NCBI GenBank assembly: GCA_030390025.1
Contig: CM059432.1
Location: 142,664,001-142,728,000, forward strand
Origin: Squalus acanthias
Lineage: Eukaryota
Direction: 5' to 3'
DNA: 64,000 nucleotides
Shown here one piece after another: positions 1 to 10,921 of the stretch (its first letter is position 1; the number at the start of each line of letters is the position of its first letter). Both the position numbers and the translations under genes were made by a program. Under the pieces are notes generated by a model, which was not told the DNA's origin, did no database searches, and saw only the letters and a program-made list of their open reading frames with translations.

Positions 1-330
1 TACTGAGGGAGTGCTGCACTGTCGGAGTTCCAGATGACACATTAAACCGAGGTTCAGTCTGCCCTCTCAGGTGGACGTTGAACATCCCACGGCAATATTT
101 CGAAGAGCAGGGAAGTTCTTCCCGGTGTCCTGGCCAATATTTATCCCACAAACATCACTAAATCAGAATATCTGGTCATTTACCTCATTGCTGTTTGTGG
201 GAGCTTGCTGTGAGCAATTGGCTGCCACATTTCCTACATTACAACAGTGACTACACTTCAAAAGTACTTAATTGACTGTAAAGTGCTTTGAAGTTGTGAA
301 AAGAGCTGTATAAATGCAAGTCTTTCTTTT
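1..330 (+). mobile_element. DeuSINE (SacSINE1-like) copy, 5' end cut by window edge
   Basis: Central block TTGCTGTTTGTGGGAGCTTGCTGTG..AATTGGCTGCC and tail ATAAATGCAAGTCTTTCTTT, repeated in more than 10 copies in the window. Confidence 0.8.
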
Positions 331-1022
331 AATGTGCTTCTTCTTACGCAAAGGTATGAGATTAATAGCGCCATTTGGGCCAGGACTATAACAAACCATA
401 TGTCTGGCATCTAGTGCCTAAACTTCAATCCAACAGGTGCTTGGCTTACTGCAATTAGATACAACATTCCATAGGTCATATTCTAGTCGAATCCATCGTC
501 ATCCTAATAAATCTACCAGTTTTTACAGAATGTTCAAACTCACAAATAAAAGAATGGCTTGTGATGACAATGTGCTTTGCAATAATATAAAAGCTATGAG
601 TAATGGAATTACGGTAGGAGATCTTCAAACAGAAATTGTTGGGAGTGAGCACTGAACTATAATTCAGGCCACTGACAAGAGTGGTGCAGAAACCTTTACA
701 GCTTCTAGCACAAGGAATGCGGGAACGGAGCTGGACACTGCCAGGCTCGAGACTGCCAACGAGTAGACTTCACCTTGCTGACATGAAAATGCGCAAGACT
801 GACCTAGTCTTATCCGTGATCAATCTTTGCATTCTGAGCTTTCAAAATCTGGCCTGCGGGACTCGTTTCAGCCAGTCAAAATCCAGTTTTGCCCCCATCT
901 CCAAAATGGATGGCAGCACCAATGGAAAGGGGAAAGAAAACAGGTGATAGGTTTTAAAGTTAGTTTTCAGGGAAATACAGCACAGAAGGGAGAGATAAGC
1001 GACAAATCAACTTCAGTTTAAC

Positions 1023-1365
1023 AAAATTCGCATCCTTGTTTCAAATCCCTCCATGGCCTCACCCCTCATTATCTCTGTAATCTCCTCCAGCCCTAGAACC
1101 CTCCGAGATATCTGCGCTCCTCCAACTCTGGCCTCTTGAGCATCCCAGATTTTAATCGCGCGGCCTATGCCTTCAGCTGCCAAGGCCCTAAGCTATGGAA
1201 TTCCCTCCATAAACCTCTCTTTCCTCCTTTAAGATGCTCCTTAAAACCTACACCTATCCTAATATCTCCTTATATGGCTCGGTGTCAAATGTTGTTTGAT
1301 AATGTTCCTGTGAAGCGCCTTGGGATGTTTTGCGTCAAAGGCGCTATATAAAGACAAGTTGTTGT
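1023..1365 (+). mobile_element. L2-clade LINE 3' fragment
   Basis: Degraded frames give KSLHGL-PxYLCNLL and CQGPKLWNSL; ends GCGCTATATAAAGACAAGTTGTTG; many similar copies in the window. Confidence 0.7.
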
Positions 1366-1789
1366 GTTTCTTTTCTACTTCTCTAACTCTTTCTCTCCCT
1401 GTCCTTTTCTGCTTATTTTGAGTTCTGCTGGGAGGTGGTAGGTGGCATGGTGTGACCAAGAGAGGAGCCACCAGTTGTCGCAAGCTGTGGAGTGGAGTGG
1501 AGTTGCGGGAATAATGTGGCTCTCACCGACTTCCTTAACATCCCTTCCACCCACTCACTCCCATCACATCCCTTATCCTCGCAACTTTCAAACACCCCTT
1601 CCTACCACCCTCATTCCCCTTCAAACTACCTACTCGAATCCCCAAGCCTTCCCTCCACTTCACCCCAACCTTCCATCCATTTGCACCCACTCCCTCACCC
1701 AAGGGCGAATGGTGGAGGTCAGAGGCCCCGCACCCTTTTTCTCGTCCTCTCCGTGTTCCTCAGAAGATTTGTATGCCGGAAACGTTCAA

Positions 1790-2045
1790 CCCGCTTGTGT
1801 TCACTGATGTCCTTTAGGGAAGGAAACCTGCCGTCCTTACCCAGTTTGAGCCTATATGTGACTCCAGTCCCACACCAACGTGGTTGATTCCTAACTGCCC
1901 TCTGAAGTGGCCTAGTGAGTCATTCAGTTGCATCAAACTGCTACCAGCAGGTCAAGAAGGCCTTCACCACCTTCTCAGGTCAACTAGGGATGGGCAATTA
2001 CGCCCGGCCTTGCCAGCGATGCCCACATCCGAGAAGTAATTCTTA
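1790..2045 (+). mobile_element. Second SINE family, fragment (tail shared with LINE at 34.3-35.1 kb)
   Basis: GGAAGGAAACCTGCCGTCCTTAC..GTGACTCCAGTCCCACA..CTAGGGATGGGCAA..GCCTTGCCAGCGATGCCCACATCC; related copies near 17520 and 56290. Confidence 0.6.
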
Positions 2046-3331
2046 AAAAGTATTGTTTTGAAGCTCAAAATTAAAAAGAACAAATTAGACGAAAAAAAAA
2101 GTTTTTCGCCAGGTTTCCCCGATTGTTTACAGGTAAATGCAAGGCTGGGAAGGGCTCAGCCGGTCCATCACTAGGGAATGCCAAGTTAATTTGTTTCAGT
2201 TGGTGCAACAATCGGGACACTGCAATTACCCTCCTGGACCAGGAAAGAGAATCAGCCAGGATTCCTGCTCCTGATCACGAGCCAGTGAACCTCAGCTTCC
2301 ACTGACCCCACCCTGCCTCGCAGACTGACTCACCCGCCAAGCTTTCCTCCCTCACTGGAGGGAAATTTCTAACTTCCACATTGTGGCTGTCCAGTGTGGG
2401 AATTATCGGAGCAAAATGGCGGCGCAATACATTGAATTACCGGAGCCCGTTCCAGCTCCATGACTCAGCGTGCATTCCAGACAAACAGCTCTTTAATTAT
2501 TCATCCCCACTGCTCGGATCTTGAAACACAGCAGCCAACGAATTGTGGTGGGGGGGGGGGGGGGGGGGTGGTTATAGTCCCAGTCTTACAGTTACTCAGC
2601 GAATTCAACAATGCAGCCAGCACATAAGGTTGTACAGCAATGTATTTCTTTCTACAGATTGAATATGCTTCCATCAAGAATATGATGTGCTATCTATAGT
2701 ACAAATATTAGTAAGCACTCCGTCACTTAACCAACAGACAGTAGGCTATCAAATTAATACAGACTTGTCACTCGGCTTAGAGAACATTCAGACCAACACA
2801 AATGTTAAAAACTCACCCTTAAACCAACACAATACGACACTGTACAACAACTTTGTGATACTCTTAACTAATTACTCCCACTGCACCACTACCAGTGCAA
2901 CCACCTACAGTATTGCAAGTGTCAAATAGCTTAAAAAACTACTGCTGTGCTTTTAGTTCAAGTGGACAAAGTACGGAAATTTCACACCAACCACAATACT
3001 GTGCTAGGATTATTTGCATAGTACCCTGTGGGCATGTCCAAACTGCAGGAATGGGGGCGATGCAGATGGATCTTGAGTCCATATTGGTGACTCCGTACAA
3101 GCACCCATTATCAGCTCGCTCCATGCATTGGGCATCACAAGTGTGAGGACATATAGTTGCAATCCGCCTTTACTATTATTCTACAGTAAAAATAATTCTT
3201 TACGGCACAGTAAGGAGCAGCAGCAATTCTGCCAGCTCAGCAACTTCCCAGTAATGAAAGAGGAAACTGTTTTGATACATTTAAAGGAACTTTTTAATAA
3301 AAGAGGCATGGACATTTTTCCTTTTGACAAA

Positions 3332-3787
3332 TAACTTGCATTTCTGAAGCAACTTTCACCACCTCAGGACATCCCAAAGCACTTTAAAGCCAAAGTACCT
3401 TTGAAGCGTTGTCACTGTTATAATGTAAGAAACACAGCAGCCAATTTGCACACAGCAAGCTCCCACAAACAGCAATGTGATAATGACCAGATAATCTGTT
3501 TTTAGTGATGTTGATTGAGGGATAAATATTGGCCAGGATACCGGGGAGAACTCCACTGCTGTTCTATGAAATAGTGTCTCGGGATCTTTTACATCCATCT
3601 GAGAGGGCAGATAGGGCCTCGATTTAACATCTCATCCAAAAAACAGCACCTCCAACAATGCAGCACTCCCACAGTACTGCACTGGAGTGTCAACATAGAT
3701 TTTGGTGCTCAAGTCTCTGGAGTGGGCCTTGAACCCACAACCTTCTGACTCAGACACGAGTGCGCTACCCACTGAGCCACAGCTGAC
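3332..3787 (-). mobile_element. DeuSINE (SacSINE1-like), full length
   Basis: tRNA-like head with A/B-box-like GTGGCTCAGTGG and GGTTCAAGGCCC on the minus strand, Deu-like core and AAATGCAAGT tail. Confidence 0.85.
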
Positions 3788-4599
3788 ATGTTAAGGGGTA
3801 AATATTGGCCAGGTCACCAGGAGAACTCCCCTGCTCTTCTTCGTATAGAGACATGGGATCTTTTACATTCATCTGGTTTCAGTAAAAGTGACCATGAAGC
3901 TGTTGGATTGTTGTAAAAACACAACTGGTTCATGAATGTCCTTTGGAGAAAGAAACCTGAAGTCCTTGTGGTCTGTGCACAACTGCCAACACAGGCTGGA
4001 CCAGGTGGCGCACAAGCTTGTAAAGTATATTCAGCCGGGTTCATCTTTCTACCCCATGGATGGATGCTCACTTTTTAGCACCATAGACTGTTATTTTGCA
4101 GTCCTAGAACATTGTCAACTTTGCTATCTCTCTTCCTCTGCTTCCCAAACCCTAATCTCCACTTGTACCACCTCAAGGACTGAAGGCTTGAAAGCTTTCA
4201 TCCACCTGCCCTGCGCCATCTTAAATAAACTTGTTACACCAGAATTCCACAGCAGAAAGCTCCTTCACACATCATCCTTGCAACCCCCAACCCCAGGTCC
4301 TTGCCCTTATTTTAAATGGTCCATAGTCCCCTATCCAAGTACACAAATCCCACTGCCTGTCCAGGCCTGCACCCTCCGCTCCTGCAACCAGAGGGCCCAG
4401 CTCTCCGCTCCATCCCCCAATCAAACGACCATCTTTCAGTCGTTGCAGCCCTTGCCCACCTCACCTTGTCAAACCCTCCAACCGTGCACTCCCCTCACAC
4501 CCACCTCCTGTACCTCTTCCCACCCGGCCTGTATGCCTGTTTCCCACCCACATGCCTCTTTCTCCCCCATCCTTGTGTCCCCCCCTCTCCCCCAGTGAC

Positions 4600-5035
4600 C
4601 CCCCGCCCCCTGGGTGCCGGTGCAGACTCAGGTGGAATTCCCTCACCGGGAGTGTGAGTGTGAGCGGCCAGGCCCAGCAGTTCAGTTCGGGGCGGCGCCA
4701 CGCTGCCAGCACTGACAGGCCCGCTGGGACAGGCAGGGCCCTTGCCGGAGCTGGCCTGGGGATTTTTCCCCTTCCTCCCTCGGCACAACCCAGGAGCTGC
4801 CACTCACCCTCCCAGGTCACATCGTACATCTCCGCCACCGACGCCATCTTGTCTGCGCGATCACGTGACTCGGCGTCTGACGTCACACGCCCCGCTCCTT
4901 CACACCCCCCCCCCTCCCATCCAATCGGAGCGGGCGATACCTGTGCGGGGCTGCGCACGCGCACCACCGGCCTGCCGCTAGGGGGCGGGGCTCCAGGTGT
5001 GAATGACAGGCAAGCCAAGGGGGTGGGGCCCATTA
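4600..5035 (-). promoter_or_regulatory. CpG-island promoter of EMC2
   Basis: CpG-rich stretch with YY1-like CGCCATCTT (4842-4850), E-box TCACGTGAC (4861-4869), CRE TGACGTCA (4878-4885), CCAAT (4921-4925), NRF1-like TGCGCACGCGCA (4952-4963) and GC box GGGGCGGGGC (4982-4991). Confidence 0.85.
4808..4847 (-). CDS. EMC2: ER membrane protein complex subunit 2 (TTC35), first coding exon, 40 nt, phase-1 donor
   Basis: Minus strand reads AAG-ATGGCGTCGGTGGCGGAGATGTACGATGTGACCTGGGAGG|GTGAGT = MASVAEMYDVTWE, matching the vertebrate EMC2 N-terminus (human MAKVSELYDVTWEE). Strong Kozak context and consensus donor. Exon 2 was not found in 1-4800, so it probably lies left of the window. Confidence 0.9.
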
Positions 5036-5074
5036 TGATGTAATCAGCCTGTGCCGTGTTGCATTCCATCTGCC

Positions 5075-5320
5075 ACCTGTCTGTCCAACTCCCCTGTCTG
5101 TCCACTCCCCTGTCTGTCCCACTCCCCTGTCTGTCCAACTCCCCTGTCTGTCCCACATCCCCTGTCTGTCCAACTCCCCTGTCTGTCCACACATCCTGTC
5201 TGTCCAACTCCCCTGTCTGTCCAACACATCCTGTCTGTCCAACTCCCCTGTCTGTCCCACTCCCTGTCTGTCCCACTCCCCTGTCTGTCCAACACATCTG
5301 TCTGCCCACCTCCCCTGTCT
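5075..5320. repeat. ~17-bp minisatellite (CCTGTCTGTCCAACTCC)
   Basis: Tandem degenerate units; the left edge merges into CR1-like GCATTCCATCTGCCACCTGTCTGTCC. Confidence 0.9.
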
Positions 5321-5984
5321 GCATTGTATTCGCTGCTCACGATGTGGTCTCCTCTACATTGGGGAGACCAAACGCAGATTGGGTGACCGCTTTGCGGAAC
5401 ACCTCCGTTCAGTCCGTAAGGGTGACCCCGAGCTTCCGGTCGCCTGTCACTTTAATTCCCCGCACCACTCCCACTCAGACCTCACCGTCCTCGGCCTCTT
5501 GCATTGTTCCAATAAAGCTCAACGTAAGCTCGAGGAACAGCACCTCATCTTTCGATTAGGCACTTTACAGCCTTCTGTACTCAATATCGAGTTCAACAAT
5601 TTCAGACCAGAACCTCTGCCCCTATCATTTTTTTTCTTTTTTTTTAACTCTCTCTCACATGGCAGCTGTCAATCATTCTGCCATTGCCATTTACACTTCA
5701 TCTCGAGTCATCTTTTGTTTCTTAACTTGTCCCATTGCCATCTCCTTTTGCCTTGCACCATCATCCCTTTTGTCTCTTAGTCTCTCCTGCCTTCCATCCT
5801 ATCACAGACCTTCCCTTTTGTTCTTTCCTCCCCTCCTCCCCTTTCCCTGCCCCTACACTTGCTTAAAAACCTGTTCCATCTCCAACTTTTTCCAGTTCTG
5901 ACATTGACCTGAAACGTTAACTCTGTTTCTCTCTCCACAGATGCTGCCTGACCAGCTGAGTATTTCCAGCATTTTCTGTTTTTA
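5321..5984 (+). mobile_element. Penelope-like element 3' fragment (GIY-YIG C-terminus plus tail)
   Basis: CIRCSRCGLLYIGETKRRLGDRFAEHLRSV..VACHFN..RKLEEQHLIFRLGTLQPSVLNIEF; same family as 28213-29228. Confidence 0.85.
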
Positions 5985-5989
5985 TGCCC

Positions 5990-6470
5990 AACCCACCTGT
6001 CTGTCCAATTTCCCTGTCTGTCCCAACACACCTGTCTGTCCAACACACCTGTCTGTCCAACACACCTGTCTGTCGAATTCCCCTGTCTGTTCAACACCAC
6101 CTGTCTGCCCAATTTCCCTGTCTGTCCCAACACACCTGTCTGTTCCACTCCCCTGTCTGCCCAACACACCTGTCTGTCCAACACATCTGTCTGTCCCACT
6201 CCCCTGTCTGCCCAACACCACCTGTCTGTCCAACTTGCCTGTCTGTCCAACTCGCCTGTCTGCCCAACACACACCTGTCTGCCCAACACACCTGTCTGCC
6301 CAACACACCTGTCTGTCCAACTCGCCTGTCTGTCCAACTCGCCTGTCTGTCCAACTCCCCTGTCTGCCCCACTCCACTGTCTGCCCAACAGACCTGTCTG
6401 CCCATCTCACTTGTCTGTCCAACATACCTGGAGTGCGCAACTCACCTGCCTGCCCAACACACCTGGCATG
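5990..6470. repeat. ~17-bp minisatellite (CCTGTCTGYCCAACACA variants)
   Basis: Tandem units of the same family as 5075-5320. Confidence 0.9.
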
Positions 6471-6579
6471 CCCACATCACCCATCCATTGCATAGAATTA
6501 GAGAGTACAGATAAAAAGGCCATTCGGCCCAACTAAGCTGGTGTGTCCAAATCATCCTCCCATTGCATAGAGTTACATT

Positions 6580-7075
6580 GCGTCTACAGCATAGAAACAG
6601 CCCATTTCGTCCCAACTGGTCTAGGCAAGTATTTATGCTCCACACGAGCCTCCTCCCACCTTACCTCATCACACCCTATCACCATATCCTTCTATTCCTT
6701 TCTCCCATGTTTACTTACCTAGCTTCCCCTTAAATGCATCTATGCTATTCGTCTCAACCACTCCTTGTGGTAGCGAGTTCCTCATTCTAACCTCTCTCTG
6801 GGTGAATCTATTAGCGACCATCTTATATTTATGGTCCTTAGTTCTGGTCTCTACCACAAGTGGAAACATTTTCTCTCTGTCTACCCTATCGAACCCTTTC
6901 ATTAACATAAAGACCTCGATCAGGCCACCCCTCAGCCTTCTCTTTTCTAGAGAAAAGAGCTCCAGCCTGTTCAGTCTTTCCTGATAAAGTATATCCTCTC
7001 AGCTCTGCTTTCATTATTGTAAATCTTTTTTGCACCTTCTCCAGTGCCTCTATAACCTTTTTATAATATGGAGAC
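6580..7075 (-). mobile_element. CR1-clade LINE 3' fragment
   Basis: WSPYYKKVIEALEKVQKRFT and KGFDRVDREKMFPL in minus-strand ORFs. Confidence 0.8.
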
Positions 7076-7139
7076 CATTGGTTAGCATCACTGGAAAACT
7101 GCATCCAACTTGGTGCAATCATGGGCACAAGAAAGAAAG

Positions 7140-7430
7140 AAGGAAAGATAGAACTTGTATTTATACAGCGCCCTTCATGACCTCAGGATGTCCCAACGTG
7201 TTTCACAGCCAATGAAGTACTTTTGAAGTGTCATTTTTGTAATGTAGGGAATATGGCAGCCAATTTTCACACAGCAAGATCCCACAAACAGCAATGACCA
7301 GATCATCTGTTTTTTAGATGTTGGTTGACCTGGGGAGAACTCCCCTGCTCTCCGTTGAATATTCCCATGGGATCTTTTACACCCACCTGAGAGGGCAGGT
7401 GGAGCCTTGGTTTAATGTCTCACACAAAGT
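7140..7430 (-). mobile_element. DeuSINE fragment
   Basis: Tail and core match the other copies. Confidence 0.75.
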
Positions 7431-7589
7431 ATGGCAAGATATTCAAAAAGTATTTCATTCTCTGAGGAGAAATTATAAGCAACAGTAGCCCCATCATGGG
7501 ACCCAACTGACAACCGGTTTCCAAACTAATACCTCCCCACACACCATCACCTTTTGCTGTCTGCCTTGCAGTCTAAGAATTTGCCATCT

Positions 7590-8036
7590 ACAATAACATT
7601 TGCATTAATATAGCACCTTGAACACAGTAAAACAGCTCAAGATGCTTCACAGGTTCATTATCAGACAAAAAATTGACACCAAGCCAAAAAAGAGACATTA
7701 GGACAGCTAAACAAAAACTTGGTCAAAGAGATAGGTTTTGAGCAGTTATTCTGCAAGGAGGAGAGAGGCAGAGAGATTGAAGGAGGGAATTCCAGAGCCT
7801 AGGGCCAAGGCAGCTGAAAGCACGGCCGCCAATGGTGGAGCGATTAAAGTCAGGGATGTGAAGAGGCCAGAATTGGAGGAGTGCCGAGATCTCGGAAGGT
7901 TATAGGGCTGGAGGAGGTTACAGAGATAATGAGGGGCGAGGCCATGCAGGGATTTGAGGTGTTGCCGGGCCAGGAGCCAATGTAGGTCAGCGAGCACAGG
8001 GCTGATGGGTGAACGGGATTTGGCGCGAGTTAGGAT
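7590..8036 (-). mobile_element. L2-clade LINE 3' fragment
   Basis: ILTRAKSRSPISPVLADLHWL..KSLHGLAPHYLCNLLQPY in ORF 7746..8300. Confidence 0.8.
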
Positions 8037-8118
8037 AGCTTGTGCATCAATCTGTTGTGCAAGTGTCAACGGCCTTCCTGAAATTTGGTGTTGCACAGAA
8101 TCTTCAAGCAGAGACGTA

Positions 8119-8915
8119 GGGGGCGATTTTGCCAGCCCTGGGGAGGCGGGTTTGGAGGCAGGACTGCCGGGGAAGTGGCAGAATCTGGGAGCGGGTACCC
8201 ATCCCGCCCCCAACCCGTCTCCGTGCCATCTTCCCAGGAGGCGGGTAGCCGACCCGCGCCGGGTCCCGTCTCCTGGAGGCGGGAAGGGGATTACAGCCAC
8301 TTTAACTGCCTGTTAACAGGTGGTTAACAGGCAGTAAAGAGGATTATCCCCATTTTTCCAGCAGAGGTGCGGGCTTCCCGACGTCGGGAAACCCCACCAG
8401 GGTCAGCGAGGCGAGCAGTGGGTCTGCGGGGGTGGGAGGGGTCGAAAAGTGCGCTGTGGAGGTGAGTGATGGGTGCAAGTGTGCAGAGGTAAGTATGTGA
8501 GGTGAATGAAAAGTGTTAGAAAAAGTTTCCTTACCTTTGTTTCTTCCTGCAGGCTTCAATCATTGGGGATCCGGAGGCTCCAGCATCTCCACGGCAGAGA
8601 TGACAGAATGGCTGCTGCATTCTCCGATGCAACAGCCATCTGCTTTCTGCTCAGGAAATAGGTTTGGTGAGCCTTGACTACAGGAACTCATCAAACAACA
8701 GCGAATGTCAGTGTTTGACAGCTTCTCAAAGCTGTCAAACAATGACAAGTCATCTGTCAAAAATTTTCGACAGATGAAACATCATACGTTGACGTTCTCT
8801 GTCACCTGGCTTTCCCTTAATTGGCCTGCTAAGCCCGCTGGGCGGGCTGAACAAGGTCAATCAAGGGAAAATAGCGTGGGTTGGTCAGATGTCGATGTCA
8901 TGAAAATTCACAACC
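8119..8915 (+). mobile_element. Non-autonomous TIR DNA element (putative Harbinger-type MITE), right end truncated
   Basis: Starts GGGGGCGATTTTGCCA; reverse-orientation homolog at 57729-58563. Confidence 0.6.
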
Positions 8916-10540
8916 ACATATTATAAACAATAATGGGTACATCTCTGGATCCAGTATCAAGGTTTAGATGACAAGTACAAACTGTTTGAACTCTAGTGTC
9001 ACAGTTTAGGATGTTATATGAACCTTACACTTGACAGATATCAGTTTTCTCCAATGAAGCCTGAAAGGACTCATTAGTAAACTGTCAATCTGTATTTGAC
9101 AATATTAATTGAGGAATTAGCTTGTCGACTCTCAGTGTAAATGATACAAAATACAATATTGGTTTTGATATTGATGATTTAATCACAACTAAACAGTGAT
9201 GTTAAACTTCACTGTGAAGTAATAGCAGTGGAACTAGCCTTTGTGATTTTACAGCAATATGTGACTAGAAAAAGGGAAAAGAAAATCTTGCATTTCTATA
9301 GCACCATTCATGACCTCAGGACGTCCCAAAGCGCTTTACAGCCAATTAATTACTTTTGAAGTGTAGTCACCGTCAGAAATGTAGCAGCCAATTTGTGCAC
9401 AGCAAGGTTCCACAAACAGCAATGTGATAATGACCAGATAATCTTTTTTTTTTCAGTGAGGCATTGGAACCGTTTCTGGGGAAGGTGGGACCTGTACAAG
9501 CCAGATGGGTTACACCTCAACAGAGCCGGGACCAATATTCTCACGGGGAGGTTTGCTAGTGCTGTAGGGGAGGGTTTAAAATAGCTTGGCAGGGGGATGG
9601 GCACCAGCATATAGGAGTAGAAAAGAGGAATAAGGTGCATAAAAGAGTGAGTGTGTTAGATAGTACTAGAGAAGAAAGTAGTACAAGAGGCGGAAGTAGT
9701 ACCATATTAGATAGGAGCAGACTAAGAAAGACTACGAAAAATTCAAAAATGGGTTTAGAATGCATGTACGCAAACGCACAAAGTGTGGTGAATAAGGCTG
9801 GTGAGCTACAAGCACAATTAGCCTGTGTGGCAATATGATGTTGTGGCAATAACGGAAACGTGGCTTAAAAACAGTGAGGACTGGGCACTTAATATTCAAG
9901 GGTACAAGGTGTTCAGAAAAGATAGGGAAGGAAAAATGGGAGGTGGGGTGGCAGTGCTGATTAAGGAAGACATTGTAGTGTTGGAAAGGGAGGATGTTCT
10001 TGAGGGCACAAGGACAGAATCTATTTGGTTAGAGTTGAGGAGCAAAAAGGGTATGATCACACTATTGGGGGTATTTTACAGGCCTCCAAATAGTGAGAGG
10101 GAGGTAGAGGAGCAAATCTGCAGGAAAATCGCAGAGATATGCAAGAGCTATAGAGTGGTGATATTGGGGGACTTTAATTACTCAAGTATCAATTGGGATA
10201 ATGCTAGGGTAAAGGGAAAGGAGGGGGAGGAATTTCTGAAATGTGTTCAGGAGAATTTTCTTGACCAGTATGTTCTTGGCCCAACTAGGAAGGAGGCATT
10301 GCTGGATCTGGTGCTGGGGAATGAGGTGGGCCAGGTCAACCAAGTATCTGTGGGAGAATACTTGGGTACGAGTGATCATCATATCATAAGATTTAGATTA
10401 GCAATGGAGAGGAGCAAGGAACAATCTAGAGTGGAACTTCTAAACTGGAATAAGGCTAACTTCAATGGGATGTGAAAGAATCTAGCTAGGGTAAAATGGA
10501 ACCAAAGACTGACAGGAAAAACTGTGATGGAACAATAGAT

Positions 10541-10779
10541 TGTTGAGGCTGCTGCGAAACACGAATTAAGGCTGAATCCATTTGTGTTAAACCAGAGACT
10601 TTTTAATCACAGCATGGCACAAAATGGCAGACTCGAAAAGCTCCCAGAATTCTCTGGGTAAAACCTGAGGCCCCGCCCCCTCCTGCCTTAAAGGTAAGGT
10701 GCCTTAAAGGGAAGGGGCTGGAAATTTGTCCACAGACGGAAGAGTGGATTATGCCCGTTTTAGGTGGCGATCCGCCACA
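10541..10779 (-). repeat. 3' LTR of Gypsy element
   Basis: TGTTGAGGCT..TCCGCCACA on the plus strand; 4 mismatches to the other LTR by manual alignment; PPT-like GGGGGGAGCTG abuts it on the minus strand (10780-10790). Confidence 0.95.
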
Positions 10780-10921
10780 CAGCTCCCCCCAGAATCCGCT
10801 TAGGAGGTGTGGACGGGACGGTGCGGCGGTCTGATGGGCCGGCCGGAGCGGCTCTTGTAGGACGCCAGTGGACGTGGAACGGCCGGGCGTGAGCAGCCGG
10901 GTGAACCGGCTTGAGGGCAGG

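Noticed and set aside
2549..2568. Poly-G run as a functional G-quadruplex
   Set aside because: Simple homopolymer with no supporting context.
3700..3787. tRNA genes at SINE heads
   Set aside because: A/B-box-like motifs continue into SINE bodies; no complete cloverleaf evident.
4461..5324. 287-aa minus-strand ORF as a full gene
   Set aside because: It is minisatellite plus promoter plus intron read-through; only 4847-4808 is EMC2 coding.
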